DNA of 43,705 nucleotides, taken from NCBI GenBank assembly GCA_032718475.1, contig JAUCBJ010004879.1:1-43705 (forward strand), in the 5' to 3' direction. This document shows positions 36,079-43,705 of this stretch, in pieces (positions within the stretch are counted from its first letter, which is position 1; every line of letters begins with the position of its first letter). The position numbers were made by a program, and so were the translations under genes. This DNA is from Nemertoderma westbladi (Eukaryota; Animalia; Xenacoelomorpha). The notes beneath the pieces are model-generated. The model did not search any database. It had not been told where the DNA came from and was given only the letters and a program-made list of their open reading frames with translations.

Positions 36079-36661
36079 AAAGAATAACTGGTGCAAAACA
36101 TCTGCCGCTAACCATTTCTTTTTTATTAACATTTGTTTTTTTACTAACTATTTATTGTGCTTAAATATAGAATTAATTGTGCTTTTTCTTTTTTAATACT
36201 GGACTTAATATACTTACCCCTAAAGGGGTGTAACTTCTTTTAAAAAAAAATATATCTATCATCTAATATAATGTAAGAAATTACACCAAAACTTTTTTTA
36301 CAAAAACAGAATAAAAAATTCAAAGGAGTTTTTAATCAGTTAGTTGTTTCCGAATGTTACAATTATCGAATTAAACTTCATAAATTACTTGTTGCTCGTA
36401 TGGTTGCGTATACGTGGTTCCTATTACTTAACTCGTTCCTGTGCCCGTTCCTCATTCCGTTTTCTCCTGTTGCTTGAGTCTTTTTGGTCACTGACTCACT
36501 ATGTTCGTTCGCGTGATAAACCACTCGGATTATCACGCTATAAAGTGCCACTTTAAACCCCCCAATTGTAAATAGTTATAAATACAAAATAAGTTTATTT
36601 ACTTTTTATTGAAAGTATTTATTAATTATTAATATATTCGCTGAAGACATAAGCGCATTAA

Positions 36662-37092
36662 CGCCGCGTTCACACTACCGAGTCAAAGTCAAAAGAAAAT
36701 AAATAATAGCTAGCTAGCAATAATAAATAATAATACATTATATAGGCCTAATATAATACATAATTCTAGAAGGGAGGGCATTCTAGAAAAAATAAAATGT
36801 CATGTGTATGACTATGTGTCTTAAATTTTATCTTTGACTCGGTAGTGTGAACGCGGCCTTTGACTCGGTAGTGTGAACGCGGCCTTTGACTCGGTAGTGT
36901 GAACGCGGCCTTTGACTCGGTAGTGTGAACGCGGCCTTTGACTCGGTAGTGTGAACGCGGCCTTTGACTCGGTAGTGTGAACGCGGCCTTTGACTCGGTA
37001 GTGTGAACGCGGCCTTTGACTCGGTAGTGTGAACGCGGCCTTTGACTCGGTAGTGTGAACGCGGCCTTTGACTCGGTAGTGTGAACGCGGCC
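36662..37092. mobile_element. Second copy of the PIF/Harbinger-like MITE, with its right TIR tandemly amplified 10 times
   Basis: Left TIR cgccgcgttcacactaccgagtcaaagtcaaaa and a body similar to 24226-24417. (tttgactcggtagtgtgaacgcggcc)10 at 36833-37092, followed by TTA. Confidence 0.9.
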
Positions 37093-37229
37093 TTACTTTA
37101 AATAAATATCAAACATTACATAACCATGGTCTAGTCATTCATTAACACTAAAACACCAAATAATTGACTGGTTGTTGTTTTCAATCTACAGTGTATATCA
37201 AATACAGGTCACTAACAACATGTCACTAC

Positions 37230-37635
37230 TCTATGGGTAAAACACTAGAGTCTTATACCCCACAAACTAACAAAAAACATAGCGCGTACTGGTCCAAGAC
37301 ACCGAAACGCAACCATATTTTTAACAAATTAATTATTTTTGCCCTGGTCCTACCCTTTTCACGGCGACAAAATTGTCATATTTTCTTATAGATTATAGGC
37401 TTAGCTTTTGTGCAGTATACTACCGGTATCATGTAGTGTATGGCGGTTAGGTTAGGGTTAGGGTGCGATACATACTTGTATGTTGAGCATGTTTTAATAA
37501 ATTTGTTTATGTCGTTTTTGTTTGTGTTGTTTTTTGATGGCCTTAGGGCTGAGCGCTACTTTGGGCGTAATGTCCCGATCCTATGTTTTTTGTTAGTTTG
37601 TGGGGAATAAGACTCTATAGTGTTTTACCCATAGA
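37230..37635. mobile_element. ~405-bp MITE/foldback element with ~53-bp terminal inverted repeats; superfamily unassigned
   Basis: tctatgggtaaaacactagagtcttataccccacaaactaacaaaaaacatag (37230-37282) is the near-perfect reverse complement of 37581-37635. Confidence 0.8.
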
Positions 37636-38166
37636 TTTTATATATATATACCAAGACCCCATTAGTCAGTATGTCGGTACATTCAATTATCATTCAATTA
37701 ATATGTCAATAATTACAGTACGTAATTCTATGAGAAAATTGAAAAACGATGGTCGTTCCATTACGCCGTCCAGTTAGATTTTATTAAGTTACGATTTAAA
37801 ATATCCAACTCTTCTTGTCAATTGAAACATTGTATGAACTGCGTCATGAATCACTTGTCATCGTCCTTTATACGATATAGGACTACGACTTTCTATACGA
37901 CTAGGACTGCAAGAATCATCTTTGCTCTATAATAATATATATCTCATATATATTAGCTTAATTCATTATCTCAAATTTTTAATTTTCATCCGTCAATTAA
38001 CATTGTTTAATTAAAAATCACACGACGCCTCTAATTCACTACCGGTACAGCAAACATTAATACAACACGTAGCATAAATACTTTATAAAGAAATTTAACT
38101 AAATTAGCACTTTTCTTATAGTAGTAGTAAACATTTAGCTGCTTTAGAAGCCGGGAGTATATATAG

Positions 38167-41100
38167 TTAAACAAAGTTCCCATGTTCACTCCGCAGATGT
38201 GCGTAGCATTCTCTCTCGTTCTTATAGAATTTATCAGGACACAACCAACAGAAACGAACATGACACCAAGCGCAGCTCATCATATTACAACCTTCTATCT
38301 TCTCAACTCCCATCTTACATTTGGGGCACTTCCTTCTCGTGTCAGGGAATTCCTTTAACCAATTCTCTAGAGTGCCATCGACCAAAGATGAGCTCTTAAA
38401 CATTTTACAAGTGATTCCGTAATGAAACTCTTGTTTACAAGTAGTACAAATGAACTGGAAGCAACCTGGACATTGGAATGGGTAGCCTTGCTCATCTCCG
38501 CTCGTACAACGGAATACCCCGTCACACCCAGTTGTGGGACAGAATGAATACAGCTCCGGATTTTGTCTTGGTAACATCAGTGCGGCTCGGCTCCCAAATT
38601 CTCTTTTCTTTTCAGCAACCTTTTCTTTACCGAATATTATTTTGACATCACTCCATGTGAGATATTCTGAACACCCTTCTTCAATACAAGTTATTGGCAG
38701 TTTAAATTGCTCTAGACTGTTTTCTATTAGATTGTTGATGCATTCTGTACAATAAATATGTCCACATAGTTCAACCCTGTGATAGGTCTGCTCACCACTC
38801 AATGCATTTGAGAAACATACAGGGCATGTTTCACAGTCTCTATCATGATGGTCAATATTTATCCCCTGTTCAATTTCATTAAGTTTTACACATAACTTTT
38901 GGTAACATGATTCATTCTTGAAAACAATTAATAAGCTTTGTTTATAATAAACATAATACATATCCTCACATCCTGTTTCTTCTAGTAGTTTACTAAACGT
39001 TGGTCCATATTCAGACACAAGAAGCTTTAGTAAACCTTTAGATCTCGTTTTCAATGGGATTTCGCACTGTCCAAGACTCGAGAATTCATTTAGATATTGG
39101 TCCAATTTTATTTTCGCTTGATTCTTCCCAGTTACTGATCCAAAAATTGAAATTCGAGAAAAATGTCTTTCTAGAGTAATATATGTAGATGTATCCCTTT
39201 CTACAACTTCAATGAAACTATGATGTTCCTCTCGTTTTAATTGTCGTCGGATGTTGTACGACCCAATATCTATAACGCAGGGTTCAATAGCATAATTAAT
39301 AGTTAACCTTCCAATCGCAACAGAATCAGGCTCTTTGCTTTGTAAAGATATTAATAATATTCGTTTATCATTTTGATACTCGATTTGCTTTACATTTAAA
39401 TCTGGTTTCAAGCTACGCAGATTGCTTATAGCTTCTTCTAAATCTTTCTCAATTACTTTGTGAGAATCTCTATTGATTATTATACGTGCAGTTACCGACG
39501 CTTCTAATTCAATTGGCTCATTGAGGGGTGGCATGTTGATTTCACCTGATGTTATTTTATAACCATCAGCAGGATTTCTAAGTGATATATTTGCCATCAT
39601 GCCCTGTTTTTGCGATTTGGGTTGATGCATGTAGATGCCAAATTGGTGTCCGCTTCCACATATTTCCTCCAATTTCTGCTTCAGCAATTGTTTTTGCATT
39701 TGCATTTCTTCTGGAGTTGGTAGACATTTATTTTCAGAGAAGACCTTAACAGTAGCCACAGAAATTCCTTCATCTTCTAATCGAGCCCTAAATTCCCTGT
39801 CAAGCACTTTGATTGGCCTCCCCTTGAAACCATGAAAAAATATTTCCCCTGGATTTTTTTGCTGACCTATTTGAAATTTTGAGGTTGAAAGCAAGCTCAG
39901 CCCACCAAGAAGGTCCCCAAAGTCGTGCTGTTGTCCATTCAGAACTCGTAGTGCTTTGGGTAAGTCGATGGGCGATCTAAGAGTAATGATTCCACACCCC
40001 CTAGAAATGGCTCGTGGCCATTTTGCTGTTATTTTAAATTCTCCGTATAATTCATTACTTCTATACCTTGGCTGCAATTGGAATTCATTGATACTTGTGG
40101 ATGCCTTCAAGGCATCATTGGCATTTACATAGACAACTTGTCCGAAATAGGAATAAGTCTCATTTTCAGTGATATTTTTATTTTTGTAGTCAAATCTAAT
40201 TGATTCTACAGGCCCATAATTTTGCAAATATTCTTGAATCATGGATTCGCCCTCTTCAGCATAATGCTGTGGGACATTCTTTAATCTTAAACATCGAACT
40301 TCATGAGGCATCAACAAAGCTGAAACAGAAAAACCTGCTGCCAAAACAACACATATGGAATCATGTGATCGTCCAATAAACCCACAGTCTGCTTGTTCCA
40401 GTCGGATGGCTGCTTTGATTTCATCCACAGCATTTGTTACCACAAATTCCGCAGTTTCTTTGCACAAATCATTGGAATATAAGTCGATTTTTTGCTTTCC
40501 ATCTATATCCACATCGCAGCAAATAATGGAATTCCTGTTGCCTTCAATTATTTGTTCTTCTAATTTCTTTACTTTGTTCCATTTTTCGCCAACAAACTTT
40601 ATCAATGCACATTTTCCCATTTTGAATGTTTTAATGCGTTTCAATTTCAATGTTTCCAGCTTTATAGGGTCAAATGTTAGTATATTTTCACTGGCCAATT
40701 TAAGCACTGTTTCCCTTGGTACCGGTGTTGCTAAAATGGCATATCGATTGGATGTCTCTAGTATAGACTCAAATATCACCCATTCAATATCTGTATTGAA
40801 ATGCCTCAATGCACCCGACTGTGGAAATATAGTGCACTCTGGTACTCTATTACCTATGATAATTCCTTTTTTATCACAACCTGAATAAAGTCCTAAATTA
40901 AACGAATAACAAATGCATAGGAGCTCCTGTATCTGCTCTGGAGTACTGTGGCACTTGTAGGGAACTTTCACCTTGAATTCATTAAACATAACACTTATAC
41001 CTTCCTTGACAACATCACGAATTGCCATCATTGCTTTCATATTTATGGCATGTTCTGAACACCACTGTCGTCTGCGCCTTTCATCTTGTTTGTCCCATTC

Positions 41101-43467
41101 TTTGTATAAGTCCAACAGTGTAATCCAGTCACCATTGGGTGTAAAAAACTGAATTTTAAATGATTCTAGCTGCATTCGGTGTTCTTCAGTCGAAGTAGTT
41201 ACCCACACACTACCAGACTGCGTAGCCACAGCAGCCAATAACAGTCCATCGAGGCCAATCCCTTTCTCTATTCCACGTACTGCTAGCCTTCCCAGCCTTG
41301 GCTGCAAAGGTAGAGCTGATATTTTCCTTCCAATATCTGTAATACCATCATCATTACGTGCACCCAATATCAGCAACTCATGCCATGCATGTTCTAGAAC
41401 ATTTGGTAAAGGACTTTCAACAAATGTGAATAGATGTGGTTCCGCAATTCCGATATTGAGTAATTGTAGTAGAGCTTGCCCGAGATTCGTCCTCAAAAGT
41501 TCAGGTAGTGTCATTGGATCCATGGCATTATATTCACTTTCTGAATACAATCGAATACATACACCTGGTGCCATCCTGCCCGCCCTTCCCTTTCTTTGAT
41601 CAGCACTACTCTTGCTTATATAATGGGTATGCAATGTTTCTAATCCCCTGTTTTCTTCAAATATTTTTATCTTTGCCAAACCCGTATCAATAACATATCG
41701 AACCCCAGGTATTGTTACAGATGTTTCTGCAGCGTTTGTGGCAAAGACTACCCTCCGAGCCATTGTCATAGGTCCTTGGAAGACTTTTTGTTGTTCATTA
41801 GCCTGTTGTCTCCCATGCAATGGCATGGTTACCAGAGGGTGAGTGGCTGATTCACTTTCTGATAGTAACATACGTAATTGTGTACATGCATTTTCTGTTT
41901 GAATTGGTGTTGGTAAGAATACCAAGATGTCACCATGTGGTTCTTTCATGTGGATGTTTTTGGCAGTAGATATAGCTTGTGATATCTTTTGGTCAACATT
42001 AATAGATCCAGCTGTATCATCACCTCCTTCTGGCATAAATCTAACTTCTATTGGGAAAAGTCGACCTGATACATTTAACACGGGTACTTCATGTAAGTCT
42101 TTAAAGTATTTGCAGAAAATATCAGGATTTATTGTGGCTGATGTTATAACAACCTTCAAATTTGGATTTTTAGATTGAATTGCCTTTTTTGATAATGCTA
42201 TAATTAGGTCAGTGTAGAGTGAACGTTCATGTGCTTCATCTATTAGAATGCAAGATGCTTGGTTGAAAAACATATCACTCTTGGCCCATTGGATCAGTGA
42301 GAAGTCAGTCATAAAGGAAATTTTGGTACTTGGTGATTCTTTTACCATTAACCCAGTTCGATAACCAACTAATGTACCAACATTGGATCCCATTTCATTT
42401 GATACATGCTGTGCTAGAGATATGGCTGCTACTTTACGTGGCTGAGTGCAGACAATCATTCCTTGATTAAAATAGCCACTATAATATAAATATTGCACGA
42501 TTTGACTGGATTTTCCACAACCTGTGGCTCCCGTGATTATACTTACAGAGTTTTCTCTTATCATTTGAAGTATTTGAAGTTTTCGTGCATATATTGGTAG
42601 GCCAATTTCAAGTTTATCGAGTTCACTTCCCAGTTCTAATTTCCAATTGTTAAGTTGACATCGAGTAAACTTTGTGGATATTGTTAACTGCAGTAGTTTA
42701 TCTGAGCAATTACTAAATACATCTAACTGAGTTTGCATCTCAGCAAGTTTATCTGCGATTGCCAATTGTTCTTCGATTGGTTTTGTTTTATCAGTATCTT
42801 TTTTAGCTCTCTCAATCTTCTCTTTATGACTGTTAATTGCTTGGTCAACAAGTTGTTTGCTATCTCTGTATTCCTTATTCATATCCACCGGTTCATATTG
42901 TTTCTTGACTATAGGCTGTAAGTTGACCAGTGGTTTTAGTTTAGGATTCATTCTGGATAGTTTGATGTTCAAGTTTTGACATATTTCATTTCCGTGCTGA
43001 CGGCTCTTGCTCTTGAATTCACATAAGTACTGATTGCCTGTTTGGGTTATTTTTGGTGCATCGTCACAACCACAACTATGAAATAACTGATTTAAATCAT
43101 TCCTTAACTCATTACTACCATCCTGCAAATAATCAATACCAATCTTGAATTGAATTTCAACTGCAGGTCTAGCGACTGGTCTTTCATTTATCCTAGGGTA
43201 TAGTCGAAACGGTTTTGACCTTGTACTTGTACCCTGTGGTTTTTCCCACGGTTTAGCCCATTCGGACCCTTTAGTTGGAACTGATCGCTGATTGGTTGAC
43301 ACATTTCTACCTCTATTACCACCTCTACCTCGACCCTCATTGGATCTCGTATTATGGGGAGGCCTAGAAGGACCCCGACTTGACCCCTGTCCAGCATCTC
43401 GACTTCTTGTTGTAGGATGTGTATTTGATTGTTCTGAGTTCGGAGCTCGCCAGTTATTACTATCCAT
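38167..43467 (-). CDS. DEAH-box RNA helicase fused to RRM/KH-like domains and an RBR (RING1-IBR-Rcat) E3 ubiquitin ligase; DEAH11/DEAH12-like; intronless CDS of 1766 aa
   Basis: Helicase motifs GATGCGKS, TQPRKVAA, DEAHER, SAT, LVFLP, PLHG, ATNAAETSVTIPGVRYVIDTG and QRKGRAGR, then an HA2 region (ISALPLQPRLGR). RRM-like YGPVESI...FGQVVY. RING CPVC..CGHIYCTEC..CIEEGC; IBR CPTTGC..CPGC..CTTC..HYGITC; Rcat CPKC..EKIEGCNMMSCAWCHVRFCWLC. Confidence 0.93.
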   Translation of the reverse strand: MDSNNWRAPNSEQSNTHPTTRSRDAGQGSSRGPSRPPHNTRSNEGRGRGGNRGRNVSTNQRSVPTKGSEWAKPWEKPQGTSTRSKPFRLYPRINERPVARPAVEIQFKIGIDYLQDGSNELRNDLNQLFHSCGCDDAPKITQTGNQYLCEFKSKSRQHGNEICQNLNIKLSRMNPKLKPLVNLQPIVKKQYEPVDMNKEYRDSKQLVDQAINSHKEKIERAKKDTDKTKPIEEQLAIADKLAEMQTQLDVFSNCSDKLLQLTISTKFTRCQLNNWKLELGSELDKLEIGLPIYARKLQILQMIRENSVSIITGATGCGKSSQIVQYLYYSGYFNQGMIVCTQPRKVAAISLAQHVSNEMGSNVGTLVGYRTGLMVKESPSTKISFMTDFSLIQWAKSDMFFNQASCILIDEAHERSLYTDLIIALSKKAIQSKNPNLKVVITSATINPDIFCKYFKDLHEVPVLNVSGRLFPIEVRFMPEGGDDTAGSINVDQKISQAISTAKNIHMKEPHGDILVFLPTPIQTENACTQLRMLLSESESATHPLVTMPLHGRQQANEQQKVFQGPMTMARRVVFATNAAETSVTIPGVRYVIDTGLAKIKIFEENRGLETLHTHYISKSSADQRKGRAGRMAPGVCIRLYSESEYNAMDPMTLPELLRTNLGQALLQLLNIGIAEPHLFTFVESPLPNVLEHAWHELLILGARNDDGITDIGRKISALPLQPRLGRLAVRGIEKGIGLDGLLLAAVATQSGSVWVTTSTEEHRMQLESFKIQFFTPNGDWITLLDLYKEWDKQDERRRRQWCSEHAINMKAMMAIRDVVKEGISVMFNEFKVKVPYKCHSTPEQIQELLCICYSFNLGLYSGCDKKGIIIGNRVPECTIFPQSGALRHFNTDIEWVIFESILETSNRYAILATPVPRETVLKLASENILTFDPIKLETLKLKRIKTFKMGKCALIKFVGEKWNKVKKLEEQIIEGNRNSIICCDVDIDGKQKIDLYSNDLCKETAEFVVTNAVDEIKAAIRLEQADCGFIGRSHDSICVVLAAGFSVSALLMPHEVRCLRLKNVPQHYAEEGESMIQEYLQNYGPVESIRFDYKNKNITENETYSYFGQVVYVNANDALKASTSINEFQLQPRYRSNELYGEFKITAKWPRAISRGCGIITLRSPIDLPKALRVLNGQQHDFGDLLGGLSLLSTSKFQIGQQKNPGEIFFHGFKGRPIKVLDREFRARLEDEGISVATVKVFSENKCLPTPEEMQMQKQLLKQKLEEICGSGHQFGIYMHQPKSQKQGMMANISLRNPADGYKITSGEINMPPLNEPIELEASVTARIIINRDSHKVIEKDLEEAISNLRSLKPDLNVKQIEYQNDKRILLISLQSKEPDSVAIGRLTINYAIEPCVIDIGSYNIRRQLKREEHHSFIEVVERDTSTYITLERHFSRISIFGSVTGKNQAKIKLDQYLNEFSSLGQCEIPLKTRSKGLLKLLVSEYGPTFSKLLEETGCEDMYYVYYKQSLLIVFKNESCYQKLCVKLNEIEQGINIDHHDRDCETCPVCFSNALSGEQTYHRVELCGHIYCTECINNLIENSLEQFKLPITCIEEGCSEYLTWSDVKIIFGKEKVAEKKREFGSRAALMLPRQNPELYSFCPTTGCDGVFRCTSGDEQGYPFQCPGCFQFICTTCKQEFHYGITCKMFKSSSLVDGTLENWLKEFPDTRRKCPKCKMGVEKIEGCNMMSCAWCHVRFCWLCPDKFYKNERECYAHLRSEHGNFV

Positions 43468-43705
43468 TCCAACTTAATTAGTAATTAATTTTGTTTCAGT
43501 TATAAATCACCTCCCAACACCTTGGGGCCTTGGCAGTTTGTCGAAGATTAATATATTATCAGTTGTAAATTGAGTTTTAAGTTTATAATATCTTTCAGTT
43601 TCTGTGTGGTACCAATTGGGATTTGTTAAATGTACTATATCCCATTATGTAATGTATATATGTATATCATAATTCAAATTCTGTACTTCCACAATAATGG
43701 GTTAT

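Larger units (their letters stand above)
31330..36250 (+). mobile_element. Degenerate near-full-length APE-type non-LTR retrotransposon (LINE; ORF1 + ORF2), interrupted; clade uncertain (RTE-X or CR1/L2 group)
   Basis: Frameshifted ORF1, then endonuclease, RT and C-terminal Cys/His motifs in order, with an A-rich tract at ~36242. No target duplication identified. Confidence 0.9.

Noticed and set aside
31330-36250. Active or domesticated retrotransposon
   Set aside because: It carries ORF1 frameshifts, an in-frame stop, an RT frameshift and an insertion with deletion.
37447-37463. Interstitial telomere (ttaggttagggttaggg)
   Set aside because: Only 2-3 units, inside a MITE.
38031-43477. Short ORFs overlapping the helicase gene (also those opposite the toxin-like gene and the LINE)
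   Set aside because: Shadow ORFs of real coding sequence with no recognisable motifs.

Overview
Eukaryotic genomic DNA, most likely from an invertebrate animal. The backbone is a + strand ATP-dependent 6-phosphofructokinase (PFK) gene, of which six internal coding exons are visible (7073-7262, 8684-9006, 9203-9391, 9494-9619, 22174-22329, 30981-31198). All have GT-AG boundaries and compatible phases; the gene's 5' and 3' parts lie outside the window. Its introns are inflated by tandem repeats, and three arrays are amplified splice junctions: 4 donor copies (47-bp unit), 24 acceptor copies (52-bp unit including exon sequence) and about 215 donor copies (40-bp unit including the exon's last 11 codons). 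In each array only the copy adjoining the unique exon body gives an intact PFK frame. Two further arrays amplify transposon ends (one certain, one inferred). Two genes with intronless coding sequences lie within the locus. One encodes a secreted fascin-like beta-trefoil plus aerolysin-like pore-forming protein (+, 27038-28120). The other encodes a 1766-aa DEAH helicase-RRM-RBR ubiquitin ligase (-, 38167-43467; DEAH11/12-like). Also present are a dead APE-type non-LTR retrotransposon interrupted by a Helentron/HINE-like insert, MITEs and two tRNA-derived relics. All homology calls are from motif recognition, not database searches.
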